DNA of 64,000 nucleotides from Pseudomonadales bacterium (GCA_046347205.1 JAXMGN010000001.1:256902-320901), one strand, 5' to 3'; shown: positions 38,033-50,569, counted from the first letter of the stretch. Numbers and translations are program-made. Notes: generated by a model not told the origin, from the letters alone.

Positions 38033-40545
38033 ACCGCTCATTGGCTTGGCGCTCCATCCAACGCGAATGGCGCAGCGGTGAGTTGGGCTTATTGTTTGCC
38101 GCCTTGGTGTTGGGTGTAGCCGTTGTCACAGGTATTGATCTTTTTGCTGATCGTTTACAAAAAGCACTGGTGGGTGAAGCGGCCGTTTATTTAGGTGCGG
38201 ATCGCGTCGTGCAGCTCGGTGACCCACTGCCCGCTGCACAACTGGACAACGCTCGCCAGCTTTCTTTGCAAGTAGCGGAAACCATCACATTCCCAACGAT
38301 GGTCTACCCTTCTGCCAATAAAGGCTCATCAAACAACAATGACCGCTCGGCACTGGTCTCGTTGAAGGCTGTCTCGTCCGGCTATCCACTGCGCGGCACA
38401 CTGGAGCTGCGCGATGCCAACCACCAGACCACTGCTGTCCAGCACGGACCAGCCGATGGGATGGCATGGGTGGATGCCAATATCCTCAACCAGCTGGATC
38501 TGACCATCGGCGCATCCATTGACATCGGTAACCACAGCTTCGTCATCGACCGCGTACTCACTCGCGAAGGCGACGCGGGCAGCAGCTTTTACGGCATGGG
38601 TATGCGGGTAATGATTAACGCCGCCGATCTCCACTCAACCGGTCTACTGATCCCCGGCAGCCGCGCCGAGTACCGCTACCTGTTTGCCGGTGACGCACAG
38701 ACACTGGACAGCTATTTCGCACAACTCAAACCGCAGTTGCCGCAAGGCGCACGTATCGTCACCCTGCAAGACAACCAGCCCGGTATCGCCAGTGCACTCG
38801 ACAAAGCCACCCTGTTTCTGCGACTGGCTGGCAGCCTTGGCGTGCTGTTGGCAGCACTGGCAACTGCATTTTCCGCGCAGCGCTACTGTCAACGCCACAT
38901 AGATGCCGTGGCCGTACTCAAGACACTCGGCGCGACACGCCAGCAAATCCTGTCGTTGCAATGCTGGCAACTGGGTGTGCTGTGGCTGCTCGCCACGACT
39001 GTAGGCTTTGCCCCCGCTCTACTGTTACAACAAGCCTTTCTCTATACGATGGGCGACTGGATTCCCGCCAATCTGCCACCCTCAAGCTGGCAACCCTTCG
39101 CGATGGGCGCGGCCACCAGCCTCATCTGCCTGCTGGCGTTTACCGGCCCCTCATTTCTGCGTCTGGTTGACACACCTCCTTGGCGTGCCCTACGCAGTGA
39201 TTCTGGCAACAACACTGACTTTCGTTCTCTGTGGCCGGCCATTCCGGGGGTTGCGCTGCTGCTTTTGCTATACAGCCACAGCCTATCGCTGACGGCCCTG
39301 CTGATCGGCGGCACGCTAATGCTGATGCTACTGGCCGGGGTGAGTGGCTGGCTGCTGTTGCGCAGTGGGCGCTATCTCAGCCAGTACGCGAGCAATGTCT
39401 GGCGGCTCGGTATCGCCAATATCCTGCGGCAACGGTGGCTGTCGCTCTTGCAAATCACCGTATTCAGCATCGGCTTTATGTTGCTGGCGGTGATGGTGCT
39501 GATACGCAGCTCGCTGCTCAATGAGTGGAAAATGCAGGTGCCGGCAGACGCGCCCAATGTTTTTCTCATCAACATTGCACCCGATGAAGTAGATCGCCTG
39601 CGCGCCGACCTCACTCACATCCATCTCGCACCTGCCCAGCTGTTCCCTATGGTGCGCGGACGGCTGTCCACCATCAACGGTCAACGCGTTACGGATCTGT
39701 TTGATGAAAGCGTCAACGCGGTGTACCGCGATCTGAATCTTAGTTGGAGCAGCACGCTGCCCGCTGATAACGCCATTACCACAGGCACATGGCCGAGCTC
39801 AGCCATCGGTGACGCAGCGCCGGTTTCCGTCGAGCAGGGACTTGCCAGAAAACTGAAACTGCAACTGAATGACAAACTGGTGTTCACCATCGGCGGGAAA
39901 CCGCTGTCGACATTTGTCGCCAGTATCCGTTCCGTTGACTGGGATCGCATGACGCCCAATTTCTACTTTCTCTTTCCACCCAATGTGCTGGATAAGCCAG
40001 AGCTATATAACGCAACGTGGATCACCAGCCTCTACCGCAGCGAAGCGCAAGAAGCCGTACTCAGCCATCTATTGCGCCAGTATCCCGCCATCACCGCCTA
40101 CCCGGTCGATGATCTGCTCGCGCGCGTACAGACCATCATTGAGCGCGTCAGCCTTGCTGTGGAAATCATCCTGCTGCTGGTGCTGTCTGCCGGATTGCTC
40201 GTGCTGCTCACCTGCCTGCGTGCAGGCATCGACCAGAAATTGCACGAAAGCGCCCTGCTACGCACACTGGGCGCGAAAAAATCACTCATTCTAGGCAGTC
40301 TGATCGTGGAGTTTGCTGTCGTCGGAGCAATTGCCGGCTTGCTAGCCGCCGCTGGCGCCGAACTCACAGCATGGGCATTGCAGACATTTTTATTCAAAAT
40401 GACGTTTGTCGCACATCCATGGTTGTGGATCACCACGCTCGCGACATCAACGCTGTTAATTGGCGGTGCAGGTACAATATTCTGCTATCGTGTGACAGCA
40501 ACACCACCTGTGATTGTCCTGCGCGAATTCAATCCGTACAGCTGA
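38029..40545 (+). CDS. ybbP: ABC transporter permease YbbP (duplicated FtsX/MacB-type domains)
   Basis: About 838 aa. Its ATG overlaps the ybbA stop (ATGA). Two FtsX-like 4-TM modules are separated by large periplasmic domains. Confidence 0.85.
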   Translation: MNRSLAWRSIQREWRSGELGLLFAALVLGVAVVTGIDLFADRLQKALVGEAAVYLGADRVVQLGDPLPAAQLDNARQLSLQVAETITFPTMVYPSANKGSSNNNDRSALVSLKAVSSGYPLRGTLELRDANHQTTAVQHGPADGMAWVDANILNQLDLTIGASIDIGNHSFVIDRVLTREGDAGSSFYGMGMRVMINAADLHSTGLLIPGSRAEYRYLFAGDAQTLDSYFAQLKPQLPQGARIVTLQDNQPGIASALDKATLFLRLAGSLGVLLAALATAFSAQRYCQRHIDAVAVLKTLGATRQQILSLQCWQLGVLWLLATTVGFAPALLLQQAFLYTMGDWIPANLPPSSWQPFAMGAATSLICLLAFTGPSFLRLVDTPPWRALRSDSGNNTDFRSLWPAIPGVALLLLLYSHSLSLTALLIGGTLMLMLLAGVSGWLLLRSGRYLSQYASNVWRLGIANILRQRWLSLLQITVFSIGFMLLAVMVLIRSSLLNEWKMQVPADAPNVFLINIAPDEVDRLRADLTHIHLAPAQLFPMVRGRLSTINGQRVTDLFDESVNAVYRDLNLSWSSTLPADNAITTGTWPSSAIGDAAPVSVEQGLARKLKLQLNDKLVFTIGGKPLSTFVASIRSVDWDRMTPNFYFLFPPNVLDKPELYNATWITSLYRSEAQEAVLSHLLRQYPAITAYPVDDLLARVQTIIERVSLAVEIILLLVLSAGLLVLLTCLRAGIDQKLHESALLRTLGAKKSLILGSLIVEFAVVGAIAGLLAAAGAELTAWALQTFLFKMTFVAHPWLWITTLATSTLLIGGAGTIFCYRVTATPPVIVLREFNPYS

Positions 40546-40589
40546 TAACATCACTACGTTTTTTATTTATTTTTCATCAGGAGTGACAA

Positions 40590-41042
40590 ATGGATACCCA
40601 GATAACAGATACCACGCTGATTGCCCTGTGCAGTGGACTTGTTGGCATGGTTATCGGTGCAATGGCTGCACGCCTGTTGCAACCGCGCAGCCTGCGGCAA
40701 ATGGAAACGCAGTTGCAGGAAACCGAACAAAAACTGCAAAAGAAAAATGCACAAATTGCTGAACATTTTTCTCACACCGCATCGCTGGTCAGTAACTTGA
40801 CGCGCAATTACCGCGACCTACACGATTATCTCGCCTCCAGCGCGCAGCAATTGGGCAATATCGACATCCAGCCGGTGCTGCAAAACGACAATCCATCTGC
40901 ACCGATTCTCGGACAAGGTGTTGTCATCAACCCACCACTGGATTATTCACCCCAAAAAAATAATACTTTGAGCGAAGCCTACGGCCTCAAAGACGAGGGC
41001 GCGGATAAAATCACACCACCTTCTGCTTACACCAGTATGTAA
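40590..41042 (+). CDS. yhcB: YhcB/ZapG (DUF1043) family inner-membrane protein
   Basis: 150 aa with an N-terminal TM helix and a coiled coil. HFSHTASLVSNLTRNYRDLHDYLA aligns with E. coli YhcB HFARSAELLDTMAHDYRQLYQHMA. Confidence 0.75.
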   Translation: MDTQITDTTLIALCSGLVGMVIGAMAARLLQPRSLRQMETQLQETEQKLQKKNAQIAEHFSHTASLVSNLTRNYRDLHDYLASSAQQLGNIDIQPVLQNDNPSAPILGQGVVINPPLDYSPQKNNTLSEAYGLKDEGADKITPPSAYTSM

Positions 41043-41053
41043 TTTTTACACAT

Positions 41054-41086
41054 AAAAAAAGGCACCCAACGGTGCCTTTGTCTTTG
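41054..41086. terminator. bidirectional rho-independent terminator between yhcB and the convergent aminotransferase gene
   Basis: aaaaaAAAGGCACC-caac-GGTGCCTTTgtcttt has an A-run on one side and a T-run on the other. Confidence 0.8.
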
Positions 41087-41097
41087 CCTAATTTTTA

Positions 41098-42273
41098 TTA
41101 GGCTGCGTACGTTGCCAGAGCCGCTGCAACAGCTTTTCCAGAGTGAATCGGTGCCTTCATGGAGGACAATACTGCATCCAATGCGCCCAAGAACATCAGC
41201 ACATTCTTTTGGTTGCAACCGAAGCCCATCAAACCAACGCGCCACACCTTGCCTGCTAAATCGCCCAAGCCTGCACCAATTTCCAAGCTATAAATATCTA
41301 ACAGTGCTTTGCGTACAGCGGCCTCATCAACACCTTCCGGCACTGTAATAACATTCAGTTGCGGCAAGCGTTCACCAACTGGGACTATCAACTGCAAGCC
41401 CATTGCCTCCGCTCCCGCCACCAAAGCATGGTGATGCTGTGTGTGACGCGCCCACGCGTTTTCCAAACCTTCTTCTTTCAAAATCACGAGCGATTCATGC
41501 AGTGCATACAAAGCATTGATTGGCGCCGTGTGGTGATACGCACGCTTCACGCCTGCACCCCAATAGCCCATCACCAAATTCATATCCAAAAACCAACTTT
41601 GCACTTTGCTTGTACGCTTGCTGATCGCTTCAACCGCGCGATCACTAAAGCTAGCCGGTGACAACCCCGGTGTGCAAGACAAGCATTTTTGTGAACCTGA
41701 GTACAGGGCATCAATGCCCCAATCGTCCACGCGCAATTCACTGCCACCCAGTGAAGTCACGGCATCGACGATGGTCAAGCAGTTATATTTTCTGGCAATT
41801 TCACACAGTGTTTTTGCATCCGACATAACACCGGTAGACGTTTCTGCGTGCACGAATGCAACCACTTTAGCGTCGGGATTTGCTTTCAGCGCGTCTTCCA
41901 GTTTTTGGGGATCCACAGCGCGACCCCATGGATCCATCACCATGACAGCTGTCGCACCGCAACGCTCAACATTTTCTTTCATGCGACCACCAAACACGCC
42001 GTTTTGGCAGACGATGACTTTATCGCCAGGCTGAACTAAGTTAACAAACGCAGCTTCCATGCCCGCAGAACCTGGCGCAGAAATAGGCAAAGTCAGACGA
42101 TTTTGCGTCTGCATGGCGTATTGCATCAGATGTTTAATTTCATCCATCAGGTGAATGAAAGAAGGATCAAGGTGACCGATGGTCGGTCTTGCCATCGCCT
42201 CTAATACACGCGAGCTAACATCAGAGGGGCCTGGTCCTAGGAGTGTTCTTACCGGTGGGTGAAAAGATTTCAT
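41098..42273 (-). CDS. class V aminotransferase (serine-pyruvate / alanine-glyoxylate aminotransferase family)
   Basis: About 391 aa, LLGPGPSDV..GHLDPSF..SGSQKCL (PLP lysine). ATG 42273 has AGGAGG 8 nt upstream. Confidence 0.8.
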   Translation of the reverse strand: MKSFHPPVRTLLGPGPSDVSSRVLEAMARPTIGHLDPSFIHLMDEIKHLMQYAMQTQNRLTLPISAPGSAGMEAAFVNLVQPGDKVIVCQNGVFGGRMKENVERCGATAVMVMDPWGRAVDPQKLEDALKANPDAKVVAFVHAETSTGVMSDAKTLCEIARKYNCLTIVDAVTSLGGSELRVDDWGIDALYSGSQKCLSCTPGLSPASFSDRAVEAISKRTSKVQSWFLDMNLVMGYWGAGVKRAYHHTAPINALYALHESLVILKEEGLENAWARHTQHHHALVAGAEAMGLQLIVPVGERLPQLNVITVPEGVDEAAVRKALLDIYSLEIGAGLGDLAGKVWRVGLMGFGCNQKNVLMFLGALDAVLSSMKAPIHSGKAVAAALATYAA

Positions 42274-42335
42274 GGCAAGCACCTCCTAGGCAACTTCAAA
42301 TAAACAGGAGTTTGAAACAACAAAGAATAGAAAAT

Positions 42336-42743
42336 TTATTCTGCTGCGTCTTCAGTATTGACGATGTCGCTCGCTTTGATTTTTTCTGGACGATTGACTA
42401 ACTCAACATACGCCATAGGCGCTTTATCCCCAGTGCGAAAACCGCATTTCACAATACGCAAATAACCACCAGGGCGTGCGTTGTAACGAGGACCGATCTC
42501 GGTAAACAATTTGCCGACTACCGCTTTGCTGCGCAAACGACTGAAAGCCAAACGGCGGTTAGCAACACTATCTTGCTTACCCAAAGTAATCAAAGGCTCT
42601 GCTACGCGGCGCAGCTCTTTGGCTTTAGGCAGTGTGGTTTTGATGATTTCGTGTTCCAACAACGATGCAGCCATGTTACGAAACATAGCTGAACGATGAG
42701 AACTCGTACGATTAAGTTGTCTGCCGCTGAGTCTGTGACGCAT
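42336..42743 (-). CDS. rplQ: 50S ribosomal protein L17
   Basis: 135 aa, [17 protein letters not shown]; last gene of the alpha operon. Confidence 0.97.
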   Translation of the reverse strand: MRHRLSGRQLNRTSSHRSAMFRNMAASLLEHEIIKTTLPKAKELRRVAEPLITLGKQDSVANRRLAFSRLRSKAVVGKLFTEIGPRYNARPGGYLRIVKCGFRTGDKAPMAYVELVNRPEKIKASDIVNTEDAAE

Positions 42744-42789
42744 GATTATTACCTTCTAGTGCGCAGCACTACTAACTAAGTTCAAAAAA

Positions 42790-43797
42790 TTAAGCGCTTG
42801 CTCTGTCTTCACTGCGAAGACCTGCTGGCGGCCAGTTTTCAAGGCGCATGCCCAATGACAAGCCGCGCGAGGCGAGAATGTCTTTAATTTCTGTGAGTGA
42901 CTTCTTGCCCAAATTAGGTGTTTTGAGCAGTTCCACTTCTGTGCGCTGAATCAAATCACCAATGTAATAAATATTTTCCGCTTTGAGGCAGTTCGCTGAA
43001 CGAACTGTCAACTCTAAATCATCCACAGGGCGCAACAAAACAGGATCCACTTCATCTTGCTGCTTAGCCGGTCTCGCCGTTCTTTCACTTTCCAAATCGA
43101 CAAACACAGCCAACTGCTGTTGCAAAATAGTAGCCGCGCGACGAATAGCTTCCTCAGGATTAATTGTCCCGTTGGTTTCCATATCGATAATCAATTTATC
43201 GAGATCTGTGCGTTGTTCAACACGCGCACTTTCAACCGTGTAGGCAATTCTGACAACTGGGCTAAACGATGCATCTAACTGTAAACGACCAATAGTGCGA
43301 TTTTCTTCCTCACCTGCAGCATGACTATCCGCGGGTTGATAGCCTTTGCCGCGCGCGACAATCAAACGCATATTGACAGCGGCAGAAGCACTATTGATAT
43401 GGCAAATAACATGCTCTGGGTTTCTAATTTCAATATCAGAATCCACTTGAATATCTGCTGCAGTTACTGCACCAGCGCCTTTTTTGTTGAGTGTGATCAC
43501 TGCGCGATCTTTATTGCCATGCATAACCACGGCAACACCTTTTAAGTTCAGCAGTATTTCAATCACATCTTCTTGAATGCCAGCAATCGTGCTGAACTCA
43601 TGCAATACACCGTCGATTTCCACTTCAACAATGGCGCAGCCAGGCATAGATGAGAGCAGTATACGACGCAGCGCATTGCCCAAAGTGTGTCCAAAACCGC
43701 GCTCTAGTGGCTCAAGTACCACTTTTGCGCGCGTTGCAGAAACTTGTTGAACGTCGATGTGTCTGGGAGTCAACAATTCAGTAGCAGAGCTTTGCAT
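42790..43797 (-). CDS. rpoA: DNA-directed RNA polymerase subunit alpha
   Basis: 335 aa with the N-terminal assembly domain and the C-terminal domain ([22 protein letters not shown]). Confidence 0.97.
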   Translation of the reverse strand: MQSSATELLTPRHIDVQQVSATRAKVVLEPLERGFGHTLGNALRRILLSSMPGCAIVEVEIDGVLHEFSTIAGIQEDVIEILLNLKGVAVVMHGNKDRAVITLNKKGAGAVTAADIQVDSDIEIRNPEHVICHINSASAAVNMRLIVARGKGYQPADSHAAGEEENRTIGRLQLDASFSPVVRIAYTVESARVEQRTDLDKLIIDMETNGTINPEEAIRRAATILQQQLAVFVDLESERTARPAKQQDEVDPVLLRPVDDLELTVRSANCLKAENIYYIGDLIQRTEVELLKTPNLGKKSLTEIKDILASRGLSLGMRLENWPPAGLRSEDRASA

Positions 43798-43813
43798 GCA
43801 GTATTCTCGGAGA

Positions 43814-44434
43814 TTATTTCGAGTAAAGTTCGATGATCAAACTTTCATTGATTTCAGAAGAAAGGTCACTGCGATCTGGAACACGCTTGAACTGACCTTC
43901 CATTTTTGCTGCGTTTAATTCGATCCACTCTGATTGACCGCGCTGCGCAGCGATATTCATAGAAGATTGGATACGAAGTTGATTTTTGCTCTTTTCACGC
44001 ACCGCCACAGTACTGCCAGGTTGAACTTGAAAAGAAGGAATATTCACCGTGCTGCCGTTAACGACGATGGCTTTATGTGACACCAACTGGCGCGCTTCGG
44101 CTCTGGTGGAGCCAAAGCCCATGCGATAGACAACATTATCCAATCTGCATTCCAGCAAGCGAAGCAAGTTTTCGCCAGTGTTACCTTTACGGCGCGCCGC
44201 TTCGGCGTAATATCCACGGAATTGTTTTTCCAGCACTCCGTAGATACGGCGCACTTTTTGTTTTTCACGCAACTGCACGCCGTAATCCGACAAGCGACCA
44301 CGTCTTTGACCATGTTGACCTGGTGCTGTCTCAACTTTGCACTTTGCATCCAGTGGTTTAACGCCACTTTTCAGCATCAAATCCGTTCCTTCACGGCGTG
44401 ACAGCTTACACTTAGGTCCAATATATCTTGCCAT
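43814..44434 (-). CDS. rpsD: 30S ribosomal protein S4
   Basis: 206 aa, [19 protein letters not shown]. Confidence 0.97.
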   Translation of the reverse strand: MARYIGPKCKLSRREGTDLMLKSGVKPLDAKCKVETAPGQHGQRRGRLSDYGVQLREKQKVRRIYGVLEKQFRGYYAEAARRKGNTGENLLRLLECRLDNVVYRMGFGSTRAEARQLVSHKAIVVNGSTVNIPSFQVQPGSTVAVREKSKNQLRIQSSMNIAAQRGQSEWIELNAAKMEGQFKRVPDRSDLSSEINESLIIELYSK

Positions 44435-44471
44435 TCAAACAGCCTCTCAAATTCTCTTGCAAGCTCAACAG

Positions 44472-44867
44472 TTAAACACGACGTCTTTTCGGCGGACGGC
44501 AGCCATTATGAGGAATAGGTGTCACATCGACGATATTGCCAATTTTGTATCCGCAGTTGTTTAGTGCACGCACTGCTGATTCTCTTCCAGGACCAGGACC
44601 TTTTACTTCAACGTCCAAATTTTTCAAGCCATACTCTTGCGCAGCAATGCCAGCGCGCTCTGCTGCAACTTGCGCAGCAAATGGCGTACTTTTACGCGAA
44701 CCACGAAAACCCGATCCACCAGAAGTCGCCCAACTCAACGCATTACCCTGGCGATCTGTGATGGTTACAATAGTATTGTTAAATGACGCATAGATATGCG
44801 CCACGCCGTCTACGACTGTTTTCTTGACTTTCTTACGCGTCTTTGCTGCTGCTGATGGCTTGGCCAT
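44472..44867 (-). CDS. rpsK: 30S ribosomal protein S11
   Basis: 131 aa, ...[18 protein letters not shown]. Confidence 0.97.
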   Translation of the reverse strand: MAKPSAAAKTRKKVKKTVVDGVAHIYASFNNTIVTITDRQGNALSWATSGGSGFRGSRKSTPFAAQVAAERAGIAAQEYGLKNLDVEVKGPGPGRESAVRALNNCGYKIGNIVDVTPIPHNGCRPPKRRRV

Positions 44868-44902
44868 ATCTCTCTCGCCTAACGGTTACGCTTTAAAATA
44901 AA

Positions 44903-45259
44903 TTACTTTTTGATGGCCTTGCGCGGGCCTTTTCGAGTGCGGGCATTGGTCTTGGTGCGCTGACCACGCACAGGCAGACCTTTGCGATGACGCAGGCCGC
45001 GATAGCATCCAAGATCCATCAAACGCTTGATGCTCATACTCACTTCGCGACGCAAATCACCCTCAACAGTCAGCTTGGCAACCTCTGTTCTCAGAGACTC
45101 CACCTGCGCTTCGCTCAAACTGCCCATTTTGGCTGACTCAGCAATACCTGAGGCCGCACAAATATCTTTAGCTCGAGTGCGTCCGACACCAAAAATATAG
45201 GTCAGAGCAATCACAGTGTGTTTGTTATCGGGTACGTTGACACCGGCAATACGCGCCAT
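44903..45259 (-). CDS. rpsM: 30S ribosomal protein S13
   Basis: 118 aa, [14 protein letters not shown]. Confidence 0.97.
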   Translation of the reverse strand: MARIAGVNVPDNKHTVIALTYIFGVGRTRAKDICAASGIAESAKMGSLSEAQVESLRTEVAKLTVEGDLRREVSMSIKRLMDLGCYRGLRHRKGLPVRGQRTKTNARTRKGPRKAIKK

Positions 45260-45365
45260 TACTAAAAAACTCCAATAAATTCAAACAATAAAGAAACACT
45301 TACACTCAGCCAGAGCACACCCCCAACTGAAAGGGGCGCTAGGGTACTCTCGGCGAGCGACCAAA

Positions 45366-45482
45366 TCAACCTTGTCTTTGCTTATGGCGAGGTTCTACGC
45401 TGCAAATAACACGGATAACACCCTTACGGCGAACCAATTTGCAGCCTCGACAAACTTTTTTTACAGATGCACGGACTTTCAC
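45366..45482 (-). CDS. rpmJ: 50S ribosomal protein L36
   Basis: Hand-translated 38 aa from a GTG start: (M)[42 protein letters not shown] lies upstream. Located between secY and rpsM; absent from the ORF track because it is short. Confidence 0.9.
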   Translation of the reverse strand: MKVRASVKKVCRGCKLVRRKGVIRVICSVEPRHKQRQG

Positions 45483-45522
45483 AATTCTTCTCCTCTCAAT
45501 CTTTGGTCGAAACCCTTAGGGG

Positions 45523-46839
45523 TTAGCCATTACCGTAATTTTTCAAATTTGCCTTCTTCAGCAATGTGTCGTACTGAGCCGACATCAGATGTGATTGCAC
45601 CTGTGCCATAAAATCCATGACCACTACCACGACGATCAACAGTGAAGTGCCACCCAAATAGAAAGGAACATTGAATGCCATCACCAAGCCTTGCGGAATG
45701 AGGCACACAACAGTCATATAAACAGCACCAACAATCGTCAAACGCGTGAGCACATTGTCAATGTATTTCGCTGTGTACTCACCAGGTCTAATGCCGGGCA
45801 CATATGCTCCGCCCTTTTTGAGGTTATCCGCTACTTCTCGCGGGTTAAACATTAGCGCTGTATAAAAAAAACAGAAAAACACGATCAAAATAGTAAACAG
45901 CAGAATATTCAACGGCTGACCAGGACCAATCCACAACGCAACATCTTGCAACCACTCCATGCCTGGGCGCTGCCCAAACATCTGAGCAATCGTCGCCGGA
46001 AACAATAACAAGCTGCTGGCAAAAATAGCCGGGATGACACCAGACATATTTACTTTCAAAGGCAAATGCGTGCTCTGGCCTTGATATACTTTGCGTCCAA
46101 CCTGTCGGCGAGCGTAGTTAACTGCCAACTTTCTTTGGCCTCTCTCAATAAATACGATGGCATAAATCAAAGCAGGAACACCAATAGCGATACCTAACAG
46201 CAAGACCACGTTTAAATCGCCCTGACGCGCCTGCTCTAACGATTGCCCAATAGCCGCCGGCAAGCCCGCGACAATACCTGCAAAAATCAGCATAGAAACA
46301 CCGTTACCAATGCCTCTCTCTGTGATTTGTTCACCCAACCACATCATAAACATGGAACCGGTAATCAAAGAGACTGCCGCCAATACATACACGCTTAACC
46401 CAGTTGCATACAGCGCATGTTGACTTGCCAAACTACTGACCATACCAAATGCCTGAACAGTCGCAAGCACAACTGTACCGTAGCGTGTGTATTGACTAAT
46501 TTTGCGACGACCCTGTTCACCTTCTTTTTTCAATTGTTCCAACTGCGGCATAACAGAGGACAACAACTGAATAATAATCGAAGCAGAAATATAGGGCATA
46601 ACCCCCAACGCCAATACACTCATACGCTGCAAAGCACCGCCAGAAAACATATTGGCCATGCCAAAAATAGTGTTCTGTGTTTGATTAAAAATACTTTCCA
46701 ACTGCGCGGGGTCTATGCCTGGCACGGGGATGTGACTACCTACTCGATAGACAACAATCGCCAGCAGTAAAAACTTGAGTCGAGTCCACAGCTCACCCAA
46801 GCCTTTCTGATTAGCCATCATTGCAGGAGTCGTGGCCAC
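45523..46839 (-). CDS. secY: preprotein translocase subunit SecY
   Basis: 438 aa and 10 TM segments; spc operon position. Confidence 0.97.
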   Translation of the reverse strand: MATTPAMMANQKGLGELWTRLKFLLLAIVVYRVGSHIPVPGIDPAQLESIFNQTQNTIFGMANMFSGGALQRMSVLALGVMPYISASIIIQLLSSVMPQLEQLKKEGEQGRRKISQYTRYGTVVLATVQAFGMVSSLASQHALYATGLSVYVLAAVSLITGSMFMMWLGEQITERGIGNGVSMLIFAGIVAGLPAAIGQSLEQARQGDLNVVLLLGIAIGVPALIYAIVFIERGQRKLAVNYARRQVGRKVYQGQSTHLPLKVNMSGVIPAIFASSLLLFPATIAQMFGQRPGMEWLQDVALWIGPGQPLNILLFTILIVFFCFFYTALMFNPREVADNLKKGGAYVPGIRPGEYTAKYIDNVLTRLTIVGAVYMTVVCLIPQGLVMAFNVPFYLGGTSLLIVVVVVMDFMAQVQSHLMSAQYDTLLKKANLKNYGNG

Positions 46840-46841
46840 AA

Positions 46842-47276
46842 TTATTCCTCGATCTTGCCGCCAGCCGCTTCAATCGCTTGTCGCGCACCTTTCGTTACCG
46901 TCAAACCTTTCACCACAAAAGATTTGGTGATTTCGCCTGACAAAAAAATCTTCGCGCGTTTTACGTTTTCATTGAGGACGTTTGCTGCTTTCAAAGTCTC
47001 CAGAGAAACAACATCGCCATCCACTTTGCTTAATTCAGCCAAACGAACTTGTGCGGTTGTAAAGCTGATGCGCGAAACGAAGCCATATTTAGGCAAACGC
47101 TTCTGCAATGGCATTTGACCACCCTCAAAACCGGGGCGCACATTGCCGCTTTTACGTGCTTTTTGCCCCTTGTGACCGCGACCACAGGTCTTGCCCAAAC
47201 CGGAGCCGATACCGCGACCCACTCGCAGCTTAGGTGTTTTATGCCCAGGGGCAGGACTCAGACTATTCAGATGCAT
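46842..47276 (-). CDS. rplO: 50S ribosomal protein L15
   Basis: 144 aa, [26 protein letters not shown]. Confidence 0.97.
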   Translation of the reverse strand: MHLNSLSPAPGHKTPKLRVGRGIGSGLGKTCGRGHKGQKARKSGNVRPGFEGGQMPLQKRLPKYGFVSRISFTTAQVRLAELSKVDGDVVSLETLKAANVLNENVKRAKIFLSGEITKSFVVKGLTVTKGARQAIEAAGGKIEE

Positions 47277-47277
47277 C

Positions 47278-47457
47278 TCAGCTCTCCACCTTCAGCATAT
47301 AGCTGACTTTATTAATCATGCCGCGCACAGACGGGGAATCTTGCACTTCGACAGTATGTCCGATACGACGCAAACCCAAACCCTTAATGCAGCACTGATG
47401 CGATTTCAATCGACCGGCCGTACTGCGTATTTGCGTTACTTTGATTGTATTTGCCAT
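47278..47457 (-). CDS. rpmD: 50S ribosomal protein L30
   Basis: Hand-translated 59 aa: [59 protein letters not shown]. Located between rpsE and rplO; absent from the ORF track. Confidence 0.9.
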   Translation of the reverse strand: MANTIKVTQIRSTAGRLKSHQCCIKGLGLRRIGHTVEVQDSPSVRGMINKVSYMLKVES

Positions 47458-47496
47458 AATGAAAACCTTGATAAATCTATCAACAGCTAATGCAAT

Positions 47497-48012
47497 TTAG
47501 CCACGAATCTCTTCGACCGTTTTGCCGCGTTTTGCTGCAATCTCTTCAGGTGAACGCATTTCTTTCAATCCACGTATGGTGGCGCGTACCACGTTTACAG
47601 GATTTGTCGAGCCATAGCATTTCGCCAGTACGTTTTGTACGCCAGCCAACTCCAACACTGAACGCATTGCACCACCGGCAATAACACCTGTACCTTCAGA
47701 AGCAGGTTGCATATAAATGTTTGCAGCACCGTGGCGCGCCTTAACTGGATAAAAAATGGTGTTGCCATTCAAATCAACTGTAATCATGTTACGACGCGCG
47801 GCTTCCATCGCCTTCTGGATGGCGACTGGTACTTCACGCGCTTTACCACGACCGAAACCAACTTTTCCATTGCCATCGCCAACCACTGTCAACGCAGTAA
47901 ATGAGAAAGTACGGCCGCCTTTTACTACTTTTGCAACACGGTTTACTTGAACGAGCTTTTCTAAAAGGCCGTCGGAATTTTTATCTTTTTCTTTCTGCTC
48001 TTGAAGCGCCAT
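47497..48012 (-). CDS. rpsE: 30S ribosomal protein S5
   Basis: 171 aa; spc operon order. Confidence 0.97.
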   Translation of the reverse strand: MALQEQKEKDKNSDGLLEKLVQVNRVAKVVKGGRTFSFTALTVVGDGNGKVGFGRGKAREVPVAIQKAMEAARRNMITVDLNGNTIFYPVKARHGAANIYMQPASEGTGVIAGGAMRSVLELAGVQNVLAKCYGSTNPVNVVRATIRGLKEMRSPEEIAAKRGKTVEEIRG

Positions 48013-48023
48013 ATTTACACCTA

Positions 48024-48374
48024 TTAGAACTCGAGACCAGCTGAACGCGCAGCATCTGCCAACGCCTTAACACGACCGTGGTATTTAAAACCACTGCGAT
48101 CAAAAGCTACCTTCACTATGCCGGCCGCTTTTGCTCTTTCAGCAACCAGCGTGCCTACGCTTTCCGCTGCTTTTGCATTGCCAGTTGCACCAGAAGCAAG
48201 ACTGTCATCCAACGTAGAGGCTTGCGCCAGTACTTTCGCACCATCCGGCGATGTCACCTGCGCATAAATATGCTTCGGCGTACGATGCACGCTCAAGCGA
48301 AACGCACCTTGCTCACGAATTTTCATTCGTGTTGACTTTGCTCTACGCAAACGTCCTGCTTTTTTTGAGTTCAT
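48024..48374 (-). CDS. rplR: 50S ribosomal protein L18
   Basis: 116 aa; spc operon order. Confidence 0.97.
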   Translation of the reverse strand: MNSKKAGRLRRAKSTRMKIREQGAFRLSVHRTPKHIYAQVTSPDGAKVLAQASTLDDSLASGATGNAKAAESVGTLVAERAKAAGIVKVAFDRSGFKYHGRVKALADAARSAGLEF

Positions 48375-48385
48375 GCATCTATACC

Positions 48386-48919
48386 TTATTTCTTCTTCGC
48401 TTCTTTACGATGGACAACTTCATCCGAATAACGCACACCTTTGCCTTTGTACGGTTCAGGCTCACGGTAAGAACGAATCACCGCAGCCACCTGACCCAAC
48501 AACTGCTTATCAATACTTTTCAAGATAATCTCAGTTTGGCTTGGTGTTTCTGCCGTCACGCCAGCAGGCAATTGATAGTCAATAGGATGTGAATAACCCA
48601 GAGTTAAATTAAGCACATTGCCATTGACCTTGGCGCGATAACCAACGCCCACCAGCTCAAGCTTGCGCTCAAAACCTACACTCACGCCTTTCACCATATT
48701 GGCTACCAGCGCACGCGTAGTGCCGGCCATCATCCAAGATTCTCTAGCGCCATTGCGCGCACCAAACGTCACCTGACCGGCATCTTGCGAGACTTCAACA
48801 TCTGAATGCAAAGCCATGGAAAGCTCACCTTTTCCACCTTTAACACTGAGTGCAGTGGGCGCGATCGTAAGCGTCACACCAGATGGCAAACTCACGGGAT
48901 TCTTGGCAACTCTGGACAT
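48386..48919 (-). CDS. rplF: 50S ribosomal protein L6
   Basis: Starts at MSRVAKNPV (48919), collinear with E. coli L6. The ORF-track extension to 48961 overlaps rpsH. Confidence 0.96.
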   Translation of the reverse strand: MSRVAKNPVSLPSGVTLTIAPTALSVKGGKGELSMALHSDVEVSQDAGQVTFGARNGARESWMMAGTTRALVANMVKGVSVGFERKLELVGVGYRAKVNGNVLNLTLGYSHPIDYQLPAGVTAETPSQTEIILKSIDKQLLGQVAAVIRSYREPEPYKGKGVRYSDEVVHRKEAKKK

Positions 48920-48929
48920 CTTTATATTC

Positions 48930-49322
48930 CTAGAACACGGTACACAATATCTCGCCGCCAATATTGGCTTTGCGAGCAGCGCGATCAGTCATAACGCCTT
49001 TACTGGTTGAAACAATGGCAATACCCAAATGATTGGCCACCGTAGGCAATTCATCTTTGCCGCGATAGTTGCGCAATCCAGGACGGCTTACGCGTTTAAT
49101 GCCATCGATAACTGGTTTGCCTTGGTAGTATTTCAAGACCAAGCTCAATTCCGGCTTGCTGCCTGCGCTCACTGAAAAGCTTTCAATATAGCCTTCAGAC
49201 TTCAGCACTTCAGCAACAGCCACCTTAATTTTTGATGACGGCATAGAAGTATTCGCAAGTTGCGCTAATTGCGCATTCCGAATTCTTGCAATCATGTCCG
49301 CCAAGGGATCTTGCATACTCAT
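48930..49322 (-). CDS. rpsH: 30S ribosomal protein S8
   Basis: 130 aa, [17 protein letters not shown]. Confidence 0.97.
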   Translation of the reverse strand: MSMQDPLADMIARIRNAQLAQLANTSMPSSKIKVAVAEVLKSEGYIESFSVSAGSKPELSLVLKYYQGKPVIDGIKRVSRPGLRNYRGKDELPTVANHLGIAIVSTSKGVMTDRAARKANIGGEILCTVF

Positions 49323-49339
49323 AGTAATAACTCCCGAAT

Positions 49340-49645
49340 CTACCAGCTGGCCTTAACCAAACCAGGCACATCACCCTTCATCGCGTGCTCTCTCAGCTTT
49401 ATCCGCGACAAACCAAATTTGCGATAAACGGCATGTGGGCGACCAGTCAACCGACATCTAGTCTGCATACGCACAGGATTTGCATTGCGCGGCAACTTTT
49501 GCAATTGTACCTGCGCATCCCAACGATCTTCGTCAGAAGCCTTTGGGTCTGCAATTAGCGCCTTGAGGCGCGCGCGTTTCTCCGCATATTTTGCGACTGT
49601 TTTTGCACGCTTCTTTTCGCGCTCAATCATCGAAAGTTTTGCCAT
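49340..49645 (-). CDS. rpsN: 30S ribosomal protein S14
   Basis: 101 aa, [13 protein letters not shown]. Confidence 0.97.
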   Translation of the reverse strand: MAKLSMIEREKKRAKTVAKYAEKRARLKALIADPKASDEDRWDAQVQLQKLPRNANPVRMQTRCRLTGRPHAVYRKFGLSRIKLREHAMKGDVPGLVKASW

Positions 49646-49672
49646 GTGAAAGGCTATCCTCGTGTATAAGAA

Positions 49673-50212
49673 TTAGGCTTTAAACGGAAAATTGAAGGCT
49701 TTCAACAAAGCTCTGCCTTCTTCATCTGTTTTTGCCGTTGTCGTAATAGCAATATCCAAGCCGCGCAAAGCATCTATCTTATCGTAGTCAATTTCTGGAA
49801 AGATGATTTGCTCAGAAACACCCATGGAAAAGTTGCCGCGACCATCAAACTGCTTGGGGCTAATGCCGCGAAAATCGCGAATACGCGGGATAGCCACCGT
49901 AATCAAACGGTCTAAAAATTCATACATGCGATCATTACGCAGCGTTACTTTGCAGCCAATGGGCCAACCTTCACGCACTTTGAACGCCGCTATTGATTTT
50001 CTCGCCTTGGTAATGACTGCTTTTTGACCTGTGATTTGCTCAAGGTCTCGCACAGCATTTTCAAGAATTTTCTTATCCGCCAGCGCCTCACCAACACCCA
50101 TATTAACAGTGATTTTAGTGATTTTTGGCACTTCCATTACGCTTTTTACGCCCAACTCAGATTTTAACTTGGGAAGTATTTCGCTTTTATAGATTTCTTG
50201 CAGTCTGGCCAT
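49673..50212 (-). CDS. rplE: 50S ribosomal protein L5
   Basis: Starts at MARLQEIYK (50212), collinear with E. coli L5. Confidence 0.96.
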   Translation of the reverse strand: MARLQEIYKSEILPKLKSELGVKSVMEVPKITKITVNMGVGEALADKKILENAVRDLEQITGQKAVITKARKSIAAFKVREGWPIGCKVTLRNDRMYEFLDRLITVAIPRIRDFRGISPKQFDGRGNFSMGVSEQIIFPEIDYDKIDALRGLDIAITTTAKTDEEGRALLKAFNFPFKA

Positions 50213-50230
50213 TACCATTTCACCTTTAAC

Positions 50231-50545
50231 TTAAGCGCCAATCACATCGCCATTGGATTTGTAAATTCGCACTTTCTTGCCATCTACATCTTTGAAGCCA
50301 ACACGATCTTTCTTATTGGTTTTGGGGTTATAGATTGCCACGTTAGAAACATCAATCGATGTTTCTTTTTCAACGATTCCACCCTGAACACCCAACTGAG
50401 GGTTAGGCTTGGTGTGTTTTTTTACCAAATTAACGCCGGCAACTACAACTCGTCCGTTATCCAGAACTCGCTGCACCGCACCACGCTTGCCTTTATCCTT
50501 ACCAGTAGTAACAACCACTTGGTCATTTTTCTTAATTTTGCTCAT
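50231..50545 (-). CDS. rplX: 50S ribosomal protein L24
   Basis: 104 aa, [20 protein letters not shown]. Confidence 0.97.
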   Translation of the reverse strand: MSKIKKNDQVVVTTGKDKGKRGAVQRVLDNGRVVVAGVNLVKKHTKPNPQLGVQGGIVEKETSIDVSNVAIYNPKTNKKDRVGFKDVDGKKVRIYKSNGDVIGA

Positions 50546-50569
50546 ACCAAAACCTCACTCCAGCCTAGA